Shown: positions 1-14,100 of the stretch, one piece after another
Layout: every line of letters begins with the position of its first letter
Numbering within the stretch: position 1 is the stretch's first letter
NCBI GenBank assembly: GCA_965285935.1
Contig: OZ260664.1
Span: 93,558,001 to 93,622,000, forward strand
DNA from: Ophelia neglecta
Taxonomy: Eukaryota
Length of the DNA: 64,000 bases
Direction of reading: 5' to 3'
Notes under the pieces: generated by a model
Told to the model about the DNA's origin: nothing
Database searches by the model: none
What the model saw: only the letters and a program-made list of their open reading frames with translations
Program-made: the position numbers and the translations under genes

Positions 1-215
1 TGCTCGGCGTGTACACCAGACGTATTTACACGAGGTGTACGCCAGACGTATTACCACGAGGTGTACGCCAGACGTATTACCACGAGGTGTACGCCAGGCT
101 TATTACCACGGCGTGTACACAAGGCTTATTACCATGGCGTGTACACCAGGCTTATTACCACGGGGTGTACACCAGGCCTATTACCAAGGGGTGTACACCA
201 GGCCTATTACCACAG
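1..215. repeat. 26-bp minisatellite (about 8 units)
   Basis: Consensus GTGTACACCAGGCTTATTACCACGGG, head-to-tail. Confidence 0.9.
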
Positions 216-732
216 ATTACTCTGCTGATGTTTTGTCAATTATCCAGTTTTTTTACCACGGCGTATCCCGAGAAATAACTATGATTGAGGCATAACATAC
301 ATCACATTTTAAAAGATTATTTTCACACCAATGGTTTTATAAATATGACAGCAAACTGAAGGGCTAGGACATGGTCCAGCAAGCAGCCCCCATGCATTCC
401 TTACACAAAGACATACACGAATGGGTTGTGTGCAGTACATTTTTTGGATAACTACCGGGTGCATTGATTCAAAAAGTAAAGATTAAAGGCTTATACCTAT
501 CACACTATTACCTGTTTTTAAAAATCAAAAAGCCTATTCTAAACAGCCGAACCTAGAACAAGTAAATTACATAAATTCCAATATGACATGACACTCGTAA
601 GAACCATATCAATATGTACGTGTTTGTATTAACCCGCTAGGTATAAGCTACACAGACATGCGGTCACATACATCTACATAGACAACACGTTGTAAAGACA
701 TTGATATTAGCTTGACAGTAACATTCACTAAC

Positions 733-805
733 CTGTCTGGCCAGTAACTCTTAGAATCAAAACGCCTGTAGTTATAAGTAAACTAACATAGACTTCACAA
801 ATCAT
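733..805 (-). CDS. Signal-peptide exon (exon 1) of a fifth receptor paralog whose other exons lie left of the window
   Basis: ATG at 805 reads MICEVYVSLLITTGVLILRVTGQT, then G|gttagt phase-1 donor. Near-identical 73-nt exons at 20727-20799, 34594-34666 and 50736-50808. Confidence 0.75.
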
Positions 806-1014
806 GTTCAGACCATAGCCACAGCTTGTAGATCAAGGTGTTATTGAGAAGTGAACTGAATCTATAGCACCAATATTATGATAGTTACGTGTACATCCTG
901 GTTTCTTATAAGTAAGCCCTCGTCTCTCAACAAATAAACGCGCCTATCCATGCGTTAAGAGGCGGCCCAAAAGCTCCGATGTCTAAAATGTTACGACGGA
1001 ACCAAATGTTGATG

Positions 1015-1195
1015 ACGGTGAACCATGTGTTAAAAGCATTTTGTAAGAAATTGGAGAAAAAATTCAAATATGTCAAGAACCTACATAATTTCACCAAAAT
1101 ATTAGTGGACCAATGTGGGGCCTTGTGTGACAAGGGGACCACTAATCCTTGCACACTTGTAGGGCCGGGGCGTGTACTGGTACCGGTAGGATAAG
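1015..1195. mobile_element. Left half of the same MITE (right arm deleted)
   Basis: Matches about 21008-21180, then jumps to sequence homologous to about 21585. Confidence 0.5.
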
Positions 1196-1509
1196 CAAAT
1201 GTGGCCATAGCAAGGACTAATATTTCTTCTTAAAACCGTGTAATTTTCGACGTTCGTGATTCCATAAACAATAAAAGATAAATTTAAATGCAACCAGGTA
1301 TTATTTGGTTCAAAGTTGAACCATGTTCCCAAAAACCAAACAAAATAAACGGCCAATGAGAAGTCACCAATTGATCACCGAAACAGTTAAAATTGTCGTG
1401 GACCAACTATTTGTGGTTTACATTATGTCTTACAATGACTTCCTGTGCTTTATCAACAAACCGGCCTTCACCTGAGCGATAATATAATGGACGAAGTCTA
1501 TTCCTATAG

Positions 1510-3796
1510 AAGGATGTCTTGTTCAGGGCCTAACGTCAATACTTTGTGTGCTTAATGGGCGTTCACAAAACGTTCAAAAAACGTTTAGTTGCTTCAACGC
1601 TTTGCACTATATGATAGGTACTATGTTAGTCATATTTAGTATTTCAGCATGTACGTAAAGAATAATAAACACTCTCCTCTTATCATTGGAGGGCTAGTTG
1701 GTCTCAGAGGTGTTATAAATTTAGACATTTCAGACAAGAGATGTTCATATATAAGTGCATTGTGAAAATCAACCATGAATATATTTATATTCTATGAGGT
1801 ATCTTTTGTAGAACTTATAAAATTTGTACATTAAATGGTTTGATCGTGATTTCGTAATTGTATAATTACCCGAGGTAAATCGGTTGTTGAATATATATAT
1901 TAGTTCCGCAAGACCCGTTGTATTACTGTTCTTAATTTAAACTCGGTTTATTCTTATCTTTAAAAGTTTGATGTGTGACCAGTACTTTCTATGTGATCTA
2001 AGCCACCAGATCACCCCATTTTATTCCTACAAGTTATTAACTGTTGTGATGCATTTGACAAAGGTAATCTGGAAACAGGGACTAGTGAAACTACTAGGGT
2101 TAAGTATGGTTCGCCAAAATGAAGCACTAACCCATAGGAGCAGTTACAATGTTAGAAACATCCCAGAATTGTATAAATAATGATGCCTAGATAACTGCTG
2201 TGATTAATATGAACATCCATGTTGAGATATGTAGCAAAAATCAGCACGAGATAAAACAGGATACCCTTGTTGTAAGTTTGTGTTCGGGGAAATAGATTCC
2301 TGCCTTGAATTAATAAATGGCTCTACTGGTCTCAGCCGGCAGCGATTCAAGCTCTTTTGGGATGATGAGTTGTCCGTAGATTCAGATTCAGATATATTTA
2401 TTCGACCATAGCAAAATGAACATGTACAATGATTGATGGTAAATTATAATTATGGCCATGGAGACCCTCACTAAGATTTAGGTAATCGCTAGCGTGAGAG
2501 CCACCATAATATAACACTGAATGTATATATGAGTACTGCAAATAAAAAAAACATATTTGTTTGATAGTAAGTCATGGAATATGAATTCGCATGCACACAT
2601 CACAACAATCTATTAAATAAAATTTGTAATGATATTCCGCACAAGTAGACATACGATTATCTCAACTATTACAGACCTCTTCCCTTTCGCCAGAGGAAGA
2701 ATACACCAGAGAAAGGATAAGCCGGTGGCACGATGCAAAATGATAATAAATAAATAATGCAACAAACAAATAATGCAGATAATTGAAAGACGCACGGACG
2801 CAGAAGTGATTAATGCAATATAATAACATTAACCATCCGTTTCAGAAGTGATTAGTAGACTAAAGTAACATTAGTGATCCGTAACCCAAGCTCCCCGTTG
2901 AGAATTACCGGAGAGACCAGAACCACAGACCACGTCACCAAATTTCCGACAAGGACTCAATTGTTTCTGCATACATAGCAGTTTTGCAAAAGACACCGAA
3001 CCTCATAGTTTCCCATTATGTAGTTCTTTACATACCTTGAATAGCCATTCATACTATGCGTGTAAACCTTGTCAAGTATAATGGGAGTAGTTTCATTTAG
3101 GGTCTGTATTATATTGTACCGGATACATTTTGTTGCAAACACATGGCTGCTGCAAGTGACATAAAATCTGTCTAGGTTACGAGTATTATATCCGTGCACA
3201 TCAGAATTCAGTTTAATAGGTAGATCCTTGAAATATAAAGGGAGGTCGCCTTTGTTTCAAATTATACAGATCCTTCACTTTCAGCAGTCCCAATTGTTTG
3301 AATATGGGTTCCGAATGCGCGTTATATTTACTTTTGACAATAATACGAACTGCTTTCTTTAGGATTTGTCCAATCCTTGATGCACAAACACCCCAGGCAA
3401 GAACACAGTAGTTAAGATGTGGTAGAATTAATGCGTTATTATGGACCATTCAAGACAAAGCTATATTTGAAACTTACAGATGTCTACGGCGGTGACAACA
3501 AAGTAGCTCAAATACCTTTGACCAACTACTACGGGACACGGAACGCTCATTTTGGCGCTCCCAGGTGATCGAATTTGAAACTCTGAATAATAGCAACCCT
3601 GTTGGAATCAATTTAAAAAAAGTTTCTCGCAAAGTTCTGGTATTCTAGTTAAGGTAGATATCGCGTACCCAGTGTTACCGTAAATAATATTCACTTAGTT
3701 CAAATTCAATTGGTGGCGGTAAAGTTGGTTTTTATATGGGCGTCAAAATATAAACGGGAAGGACTACCAATGGGGTTAACTAAGACGTGTAGTTAA
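1510..3796 (+). pseudogene. Decayed unidentified plus-strand gene, copy 1 (interrupted by a LINE fragment)
   Basis: Frame ..CKFVFGEIDSCLEL..FKLFWDDELSVLW..NTFDQLL..PVGI..KFWYSS..QLVAVK..FIWASK..MGLTKTCS*. Many synonymous third-position differences from the other copies and a shared terminal TAA; internal stops and frameshifts. Confidence 0.5.
2378..3436 (-). mobile_element. 5'-truncated LINE (L2/Crack-like): RT C-terminus and 3' UTR
   Basis: LILPHLNYCVLAWG..KKAVRII..YNAHSEPIFK and HGYNTRN..CYVC. Minus-strand tail AATAAA..(TCTGAA)n at about 2403-2378. Absent from the homologous site in the other three units. Confidence 0.8.
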
Positions 3797-5190
3797 TATC
3801 GTCTACAAAAAAGCAATTAGCTAAACACCCTCATAGGCAAGTTAAATACAATTATCGCCTATTATGTAACATAGTCGATAAATCACAATTACAGCAGATG
3901 GTCAAAAGATCTAGCAGATTCTCTTCTCCCCAATTTCGGAAAACATTATCACATTAGTCAGTGTATCAAAAATAAAAACATCTTTGATTAGGATAAGGGA
4001 ATTTAAATCTCGCTGTACTGATTTAAGCCGAACTTGCGTTTGATGTTTGTTGGGCTGCTGCTGACGGTTTCCGACTTATTCGGGCTGGCTTTATGTATCA
4101 TTCCTGATTAATGGATTCATTACATCTGACGGTTATCTTGATGAAGGCATTTTATATAAAGAGTGCTAATCTCTTTGAAGAAGCAGCTTGATTATAATCA
4201 AGACTGTATTGTATGTTATAAATAATACCAACATTCAATATTGAAGGAAAATTAAGTGTATCAGTTCAAGTACGTAGGTTTATTACCATGCAACAAACAA
4301 ACAAGTACAAACCAACAAACGACAGTGGTGTTATAGAAAACAAAAGAAACATATTATATTAACTTGTACTAGTGTAATTAACTGCTATTTGGCCTCATAA
4401 AACACGAGTATATATCATGTTGAACAAAAAAAATGCCACATTTTTTATACTCAGTCGGCTCACAATGTGGACACTCACTTCGGTGGGTATCCTTCCAGTA
4501 ATAACACTTATGGAATTATCAAATCTAGTATACACTTACGAAATAAAATACATTTAAAAAAACTTATATCAGAACAAATAATGGTAGAATTATTAATAAT
4601 AAGCTAAATATACTTTGCGTTTTTGTATAAGTAAAGGAGGTCGCATTTATAATGCACTGCTGAATAATAAAAAAAATTGAAACTTTATATGCGTTTGATA
4701 GTTAAACATTTCCTGTCCCTTGAAATTCTCGGAAAGAAGAAATGACAATGTAATTGAATTGATTCAAATTGTCAAGTATATTTGCAGATAGTCAAAAGTA
4801 AAGTCCAATATTGAAAAGGGTAACCGGTTTTATGTCAAGTTCCATGCTTGGCATGTTTACGAGTTAAAACAAAGGTCTGTCATAGGTGATCGCCGGTCAT
4901 TCAGTCTGGGCGCTGTCCTCGATACCAATTCGGCCAAAACGCCACATATAATATATAGGACCTTACGTTATCATAATATACTGACTTGAATCTTGTGATG
5001 CGATTTTAATCAATTAAATGGCTTAGATATCTATGACCCCATTATAGCAATACTAGCAAGCTGATGTTTATTCATGTTCCACAGGAAAAGGAAATAAAAA
5101 AACATTTTTTCATGTTGGAAAATGGTTACTTTAACGAAATTCCACAGGTGGCATTCATCACGTCCATTTACCTACTGCCAACTCTACTTG

Positions 5191-8100
5191 TTACATATCT
5201 CCGTTTGTATTCAACGCTTCGTACATCGGATCACCTATGGCAGTGGCATTTACTGAAAAGTACAGTCACAGTTTGGTTGAATTAGAAGATTTATCCCAAA
5301 TGCAACATTTATCTACACGTACGCAGGATGATATACAGTCATATTTGAATAACAATAATGATAATAATAATAGTTTATTGCCACTTCAACACATGTATAT
5401 TGAGGTTTATCATGCGGATATAATAGATTTGCAAACAAAATAACAAATGGTTTAGCAAAATAATTAATGACGTGTGAGACAAATGGAGTAATGAAGCATA
5501 ATGTTTATGGGCCAATGGCGTCTATTCTTACCATATGTGACTGGCTGGGGTAACGGTGTCTCGTACACGTGACTGTCTGTGACAGCTACTTCATGGGCTG
5601 AGGGAGGCTCATGGTCTGATTGATCATCTTGTCCTGGTTCTGTCCTGGGAAGCCTTTTGGCCCTACGTCTGTAATAAAGAGACCGAATACAACGCAAACA
5701 AAGGTGAATCATTACTCAAGAAGAGTTCATTAAGTCGGACCGAAATCATAAGGAACCTAAGTATATTCCGTGGGTGGACATATCATATTGCTTATGTCTT
5801 CCAATGTACAAGTACACGTGTCCATCTCGAATGTTGAAAAACACATTTGCTCGTTGACCCATACTTTACGATTTTTTTAAACAGGATTCCAACGCTTTGC
5901 GCGATAAGCCTATTCACATTTTACAAACCTGATAAGGACGACAATAGCTATTGTAACAAGAGCCACTATGATTAGGAAGCCAACGACTGATCCGGCAACA
6001 GGCGCCGCAAGTCCAAACTGGCCAGATGGGCCCTTTGCTGGGTCTGGAGAAGAAACCGGAAATATATGCATGATGATTAGTTGGTGAATAATCTGGCAAA
6101 TATATTTAGGAAGAAGCATTTGGTGACTGCTGAACACTGATGTTGAGGCGTAAACGATCTATAGCACTTTCAGTTGAATCAAAGTAAAAGTATCCATTAA
6201 GTTTATTTCATAAATCATGATTGATTACCTAGTCCCAGATCAGCCAAAGTAGTAGCTGAGACATTGTTTGCGTTCTGGGAGTATTCTGTCTTTCCACTGG
6301 GCAAGTGACGATACACGTTGATTAAAATCTGATACGTTATGTTGGCCAAAAGCCCAGGTAACCTTTGGCTGTATTTCATAAAAACAGTATCTTCACTTAT
6401 AGATCTTTCATATGATGTATTTTCTAATCTTGTATCCTCAAAAATGGTAATTCTGTAACCATATACTGCTGCACTGTTTAATGGCATGCCTTCAACATGT
6501 GACCACTCGACGGTAATACTAGCACTGGTCACATTGGTTACATAAACATGGTTGCTTTTGGGAAAGTCCACGTAACCTGTAAAAACATCCATAGCAGTAG
6601 ATTAGTGTCAATCATGTATATACACAGTTAATAGTGACTAATTGGCAATAAAATGTTAACAGAAAATCTAGTGACAAGAGAAAACCTACTGATAGATACG
6701 TTACAGTGTCTTCCTGTGTACCACGTGTCATACGGAATCAGTTGACAGCCACGACTACACACTCCACTGTCTCTCTCACAGGTCTGTGTGTTAGGTAATG
6801 TCTCACAGTGACCACTGCAGCTGTACTCACAAGTCTCACCGTAGTAGCCATACGGACACAGGGTACACTGTCCACTGTATCTTTCACACGCTGGGGTACC
6901 TTCATTAACAAAACAATTCGTACTACATGCTTTATTACAGTCGTCAGCAAAAAAACTGTTAACACAACCATGAATACAACTTCCATTTAATTGATTACAA
7001 GACCCAAATCCGTTTTCTGAAAGAGCTTTACAGTGGGTACTGCATCTTTGGTTGCAAAAATCGCGGTACCACCCATCCTGACAACCAGTATAGCACATTC
7101 CATTTGTTTTTGAACACACAGGCTTTCCATTAACTCTAGCACAGTGTGTACTGCAAGGACGTTCACACTTCTTGTCATAAAAACCATTGTTACAATCGTT
7201 GTTACAATCTCCTGTTTCTCTGTGACATGTGTTAGAGCCTGTGACAACAAGACACCCAGTGTTACAGGAGTCTTGACACTGTTCTCCGTAGAAAGGTTCC
7301 AAACATCCATTTACACATCGTCCGTTAGTGATAGAACATGACCTGGACCCCTGAACGCTAACGCAATTAGCACTACATTGCCCGCCACAATTGTCCCCGT
7401 ACTGTTTGTCACCACATTCTGCAAGATAAATTATTTACAAGTTTACGCCATTTACAAGCTTCGTCAACTACTACTGGTATACTGAAATATTAAATATGTG
7501 TTTTTATTTACTAAAGAGATAACGCTGATGACCGAGCGATACCACAGGAAGTTCTAGTGCACCTATGCTAAGTGCAATGGAATCCCATAGATGTTATGGC
7601 ACCTGTTGAAACATTGGGAATTACATTTATTAAAGCAACAAGACTAGCCTTCAAGGATGGCTTGTGTACACTATACTATCTTTTTTTCATCATCGCGTAT
7701 TCCTTAATATAAAGATAATTTTGCTATAAAATGTTTTACCACATTAGGTTAAAATCATTTTGTTACCATTATATTGAATGTTGATATTGGTGCGGTTGAC
7801 TCGTTAGCTTTGTGCTCTGAATCGCGTCATGGACAACTGTTAACTACTTCTCATTTTAACTGATATTAATGTTATTATTTGTTTTCTATTTTATTGTTTA
7901 CATTACAAACGTTTGGGGTTAGGACGAGGATAGCTACATTGTTGTATGTGGCCCTGTGCCTATTTTATAATGGATTATATTTGATTAGTTCTTCGTCTAC
8001 CGGGAGACCACTCCCGTTTTATTTTAGTCTGAACACTCTGTATATCGTTGAACTTATCTCTCGGCGTGACGTGAATGCATACGATTTCAATAATGAAACA

Positions 8101-11100
8101 CATTTAACTCTAAACAAAGGACTGAAATTAATTTTTCGATTAGACGTTAAAAAAAGATGGGTTACCTGTTTTACAATCTGGGTACTTAAATCCGTCAGTG
8201 CATTTTGAGCAGCCAGTTAAAGGGTTACATGACTCGCATTGGTCACAATCTAAAAAGAAAGAGCACCACCTAATAACGGGTGTAACTTGACAAGGCATAT
8301 TATAGCGACGAGTAATACTCGGAAGCCGATCATAAGATGCACTGTTTTTTATTTGGTCTTATCTATCTTTCTCAGGTGGTGAACTTGAACTGTAAATTTA
8401 CACTTCATCTGTCTCCAGTATATTAGGAACATAGATAAGACATAAATAAGGCAATTTAAATTAACATTAACAAGTATACAAAACCAAAACATTTAGATAA
8501 GTTTTTAGTGGCGTATTTTAAACGCAACTTTAACTAGCACACACCTCGATGCAAACACAATGTGGGAGACGGCTTCCAGGAGCTCCGAAGGTTGTTCTTA
8601 TTGGTATATATTTTTCTCCCAAGACAACGCAACCTTTTAACTTGTATTAATTCGATTTTCAAATAGTATACTTCTAGGCATGTAGCATTTTATACGTTTT
8701 GTGTTTTTTCAGTCTGATTTAAAGCCCATGGAGCCTGTTTACTAAACACGTGCTTCCAAGCTTGAATGAACCTGGATTGAAATAAGCTTCAACTTATACT
8801 TATACCTGTTTCATATAACCAAGGTCATCAAGGGATTGCGCGGTTATTGCTAAGCAATAAAAAATGGCTAGATTTGATTTTAAATGCTTTCTAATATTGC
8901 TTGGAAAAGCCATCTTAAAGTTACAAGAACTTACGTATAGCAGTAACGCTATGAGGTTTTGTCATATATGCATATTATTGTTAACAAATTGTTGAAAATC
9001 TCTAAAGCATAAATGTAGCTGGTGTGCAGATAAAGACTAGGATTGCCCTTTATGAAATCAAAATTCACACCCATAGTGCTCATTAATCGGAGAATCCGTC
9101 GGCAACCAGTGCTATATTTATGAAATGGCGCCCTGCACCCGGTCCCATAAAGCCATTTAGCTGGGTTTACCAGCGAAAGCCCGGACTAATTTGCTCGATA
9201 AGTGACGCTCTCGATTTCGTAACGGGAATCGGTGTCTAAGTATTTTGTTAACAAATTGACCAGACCAGAATTGATCTACTACTTCATTACTTCGATCTAC
9301 GAAACTATAGTACAATACAATATTAAAAGGATGTAGTGAATTCTTTATATGTGTGTTTAATAATAATCGGCCAAAAGTAGAAGTTCTGTGAGGAGTTTTG
9401 CGAAGCGCCAGTGGTACAATGGGCTGCCAGTATTACACTAAGGAGAGGCGCACGAGCTCTTCCCTTCGCCGGCAACTAGATAGCTTGTAGCTGGCATGGT
9501 AGTCTGCGCGACAGGTGATGGGGAAGAATATTTTTTACCCCTCCCTCGGAACGAAAGTAGATAGTCGGTGGTTGGCGTGGAAGTCAGCGCGGCAGCCGAT
9601 GGGGAAGGAGCACCGTCAGGCTCATCACGGCCAACTAAGTGAGGAAGCTATAATAAGCTATCATATTAGAAACTAAAAATGATACATCTTCTATATATTT
9701 GTTGCTTGGCTATAACAAAGGAAGGGTGGTTATATGTATATGCAGAAATTGAAGTTACAATGAAACAGGATTTACGGTTAAGCTGCATCTCACTTCATTC
9801 CTGGTCTGACCAAATCTAGCATGTGGCAAAACCAGGGGTATAAGCCGCCTGGTAGGGGCAATTTTTAATGACGTACAGAGAAACATACCGAATTTATCAA
9901 AATATAATATATTGCTTAAAAAAATAAGAGGTTCTCTGATAGTTCCCCCAGCGTAGAGAAGATCCAATTCATAAACGATGACTTATTTTAAAACAAATTC
10001 AGGTTCTAGTTTCATTGTTCATTGTTTCAACCATTCGTATTAATACAGTGCTTGAAATTGAAACTTTAGAGTGCTAGTTTTTACTGCTGTCATTCATATG
10101 TTGTACCTGATGCATAGATTTGAACACATTATCACACAAACTTTTATCAATACTCAAAGACATTTGATCGTATAGTCAAGTAGACGATACGAGTCCAACC
10201 AATTGTTTAATTTGCTTCAATAGAAAAGTATATACTTTGAATACGATAATTCGCTAGTGATCTCCTGCACTAAGCCCTTATTTTTTCTTGAGCATAAAAT
10301 GAGCCCTGTAGTTCTGGAGATGAGTGGATTACCATCCTTTATTTATGGCTGATATTATAAACCTGTTAAGTAATATTATTGGCAAAACAAAACAGAATGC
10401 TACAAGTTAGCGTGTGTAAATTTCGACAAATACGCCGGAATGACATTTTGCTGGTTAAATTTGGTTCAATCGTCAATGAAAATTGATTGCTTTTAAGTGA
10501 ATTAACGTTGTGATGCGTGCTATTTTCTGTTTGAAGAAACAATGCTTTACTTAATGTAATGGCGTGGTCCTCCTTTTGAAAATAAGCGTAGTATGGTCAG
10601 TTGTTAAATTTACCTATAGGTTTGTATCCATGAACCATCACCTCACACAGTCCAAGGAACTCAGGTTGTATTCCACCTGTCCTGATGATAGTTACATATC
10701 TACCAGTAACTGGTGTGTCACACATTATGGTGTCATGTCCTCCGTTGGGTACGACTCCTGTATAATCCTTACAAAGTCTTGTTTGGTCACCATCAGTAGT
10801 ATAACCCACGCCAAGACGGAAATTGCCAGTTCGTTCTATGAAAAGGACGTGTTGGTATAAGTGTAGATACCCAAAATTTGGATGGCAATTGTTTATAATT
10901 ATATCGAAATTGATAATGCCTGCGCTGAAAAGAAAGTTATTCCGTAAGCTTTGAAAAATCTATTAGTCCAGTCAATGAAAAAAAATCCATTGAGGTTGGA
11001 CAAAAATGTTAACAAAGGTTTTTCACCTGAAATAGGTTCAGTGGGGGTATGTTAGTCCACACAAAAAAAACCAACGCGAATCCACCCATGGCAAATCCTA

Positions 11101-14100
11101 ATTTTCAGCCCGAATCCAAGATGGCCGACTTTTTAATAGTAAAATGTACGAACACACTAAACTTTTTAACTTACTGTCATAGAAACACATTTAAAAGGTC
11201 ATTTCCCACTAAAATTAGGATACCGAATCACATGGTTATACTTCTGAGTCCATCAGAGGTCAGGTTAATGTAATATTGTCAAGGTCAAGGTCAAATATGA
11301 TCAAAATAAGCCAAAATCAGGAAAAATTGGCATTTATTTTAATTGATTACAATCAAGAGTACCCTACAGTCAACGCCCGCGGATAAGGGAGGGCCTCACC
11401 CTTCAACGTCCAGTTTCAGCCCTAACGTGAGCTACGTCTAGTATATGTCCTTTCATGGGATCGGCTTGTAGTTCGCTGACTTTAATTCGCTGCCTACTAT
11501 TTATCTTTATTATGTTTATAGGTTATTCACAGTTTAGATTTTGCCATCTTAATTTCCGTCTTAATATCAATACTTTTGTTTATGTTATCCGTATATTTCG
11601 CTGTCCTGCTTTTGAGAAATTTACTTACATGTCAAGCCATTTTGTCACCCTTCGTTTCACTCATGCTTCATTCTTCATTTCCACATCGCTTACATCAGCA
11701 ACTCGTGTTTGTATTATGCTTTCGTCCTACTCACACACAAGTTATCAAACTTGTGCTGTCAAGTCACCATTTGCGTCTTACGAATTTGTCTAACTATGTA
11801 CTCTCAGAAGCCCTTTTTTTTTTAAATCTGTCATGATTTGCATTGCCCAGTATAGAGCGACGATCGGTTTATTTTGCCTCAGCAAGTCTAAATTTGGGAG
11901 TGACGCCTTGTTCTGGTTCATAATATTTCCGTCCTTTCTTTTTAGCTTATTTGTGGCCCCAAACATTTTGCGTCAGTGCGGTGATGTCGTGACAAACCCC
12001 GGCCCTGCAGATAAGATTGGTATTTCCTTCTCTTACATGAATATACGTAGTATTTTAGCAGCCGCAGTTGTCAACGGCGCTCCGTGTCACGACAAATTTA
12101 CACACCTGTGCGCTTACGCCTGTCACTATAGGCACGACATTATTGCACTTGGCGAAACATGGCTAAATTCTAGTATTCTTGACTCCTCTGTTTCAATCCC
12201 TGGTTATCTACCGCCCTTCCGACGGGATCGCGAGGGTGTTGGAGGCCGTCTCGCTGTTTATCTATCTGAATCTTTTAAAGGCAAACGGATGAAAGCAGTA
12301 GAGTCTAATTTAATCACTAATGTTTGTATAAGTACCAAAATTCAAAATTCCCTGGTTTTGCTGTGCTTTTACTTTAGACCACCTTCTGAAGATTGTCTTC
12401 TTTTTCCTACTGGTATAGACGAAATCATAGACTCGGCCTCCGAAAGTCACGAAATTTTGGTCGTCAGATAGAACTAATGCTGACGGCCGTCTAATACATG
12501 CCAACGAGGTTTCTCACAAGTTATACACGAAGTAACCCGTAGTGACACTCACTCCGAGGCCTGCCTCGACCATGTATTTATCAACTCTACCGGTCCTTTG
12601 ATATCCAGCGGTAATCTACCACGTATGTTAGATAACTGTGACCATCTCCCAATTTTTGTTGAAATGTTCCATGCCGTCCGCAAACCTCGAGCATTTAAAC
12701 GGGAAATATGGGATTTCAAAAACGGCAATCACGAAATCTATCAGGATCTTTTGTTCTCGGCCCCGTGGGATTTGGTACTTTCTCTCTCTGACATCGACGA
12801 TATTACTGAAAACTTTACTATTACTTTGCTACAAATCGCAGAGCATTGCTTTCCTCACCGCGAGGTTGTTATAAGACCCTCGGATAAGCCCTGGATGAAC
12901 TCTGTTATTAGACGTGCCATGGCAAGGCGCGATCGCCTTCATAAATCCAGAAATATTAGTATTAATCATACTACCCGATACAACACTGCCCGTAACCATG
13001 TCACTGACCTTGTGCGCGAGGCTAAAGCTAATCTTGACGCCTCGACAGATGAAATAGCCAATTATAATAACATTTTATCTCCAAACTGGAGGCGACTTAT
13101 GAAGGCTATAATTAAGACTTCTTCCTCCCCCGTTCTTCCCCTGCTTTGCACCAGGGTGACAATATTATTTCTGACCCTAATCTAAAGGCCGATATTTTCA
13201 ACGATTTTTTTATAGAGCAGTCTACAATTGACGGAAGTAGTGATGAAGTTCCTAGTGAACCAATTCTAGTCTCTCCTGACAGCATCGATTCAAAAATAAT
13301 ATCAGCTCTTGAGGTATATAATGTTCTCAAAAACTTAAATACTTCTAAAGCGACTGGTGCTGATAAATTTGGCAACTATCTCCTTCGCGAGGCCGCTCTC
13401 CCTCTTTCTGAACCACTTTCATGTTTGTTTAATATATCTTTAGTCCAGTGTAAATTTCCCTCGTGCTGGAAGCAAGCAGATGTTATTCCCTTACATAAAA
13501 AAGGTGATATCCATGACTGTAATAATTACCGCCCAATTTCACTTTTGCCTTGCCTGTCTAAAGTCTTTGAACGTTTGATGTTCAATCACCTATACTCTCA
13601 CTTAAAAACCCAAAATATCCTTGTGCCTAATCAAGCGGGATTCATTCCTAATGATTCAACTATTAATCAACTTCTCGACATATGTGAGAATTTACACAGA
13701 ACATTGGATTTGGGCGATTCAATTATTGGAATCTTCATTGACTTTACAAAGGCATTCGATAAAGTATGGCACAAAGGCCTAATTTACAAGTTGAAGAGAT
13801 ACGGTATAACTAGCAGTACCCTTTCCTGGATATCTGACTATTTATGTGACTGTCGACAGCGCGTTGTTTTACCTGGCGGATCCTCGTCCTACAAATTGGT
13901 TCCTGCGGGGGTTCCCCAGGGGTATCCGTCCTGGGGCCCCTACTTTTTCTAGTATACATAAACGACATCGTCCTGGAGATATCAAATTGAGCTTACCTTT
14001 TTGCGGATGACACGTCGCTCTTTGCCAAAGTAAAACTTGACAATATTGCGCCTTCGCTTGTTCGTGTCAATGAGGATCTTGCTTATATTAATACCTGGTG

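Noticed and set aside
300-480. Cys-containing stretch in intron 1 (ORFs 20317-20529 and 34179-34370) as an extra exon
   Set aside because: Reading frame differs between copies because of indels, and no consistent splice sites were found.
850-915. TATA (TATAAG) plus Inr (TCAGTT) core promoter for the receptor
   Set aside because: Spacing is about 50 bp, the TATA is not conserved in all copies, and such motifs are frequent in AT-rich DNA.
1200-5190. Downstream PTP or kinase exons (receptor phosphatase architecture)
   Set aside because: No PTP or kinase motifs found on the minus strand. A phase-compatible terminal exon with a stop and AATAAA (5072-5067) closes the gene.
5191-5668. ITIM in the A/D tail
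   Set aside because: PMYEAL, HVYETP and VTYVNA do not fit (S/I/V/L)xYxx(I/L/V), so an inhibitory role is unsupported.
6738-7341. Overlapping and antisense ORFs over the EGF exons (and equivalents in B, C, D)
   Set aside because: Shadow frames of the real Cys-rich exon.
10836-10921. Upstream acceptor (cgcag at about 10920) for FTLD exon 4
   Set aside because: The tag|AACGA acceptor is conserved in all four copies and restores the R-x6/7-R spacing; the upstream site would insert non-lectin sequence into the loop.
11455-11836. LINE ORF1 upstream of ORF2
   Set aside because: T-rich low-complexity frames with no RRM, zinc-knuckle or esterase motifs; more likely UTR.
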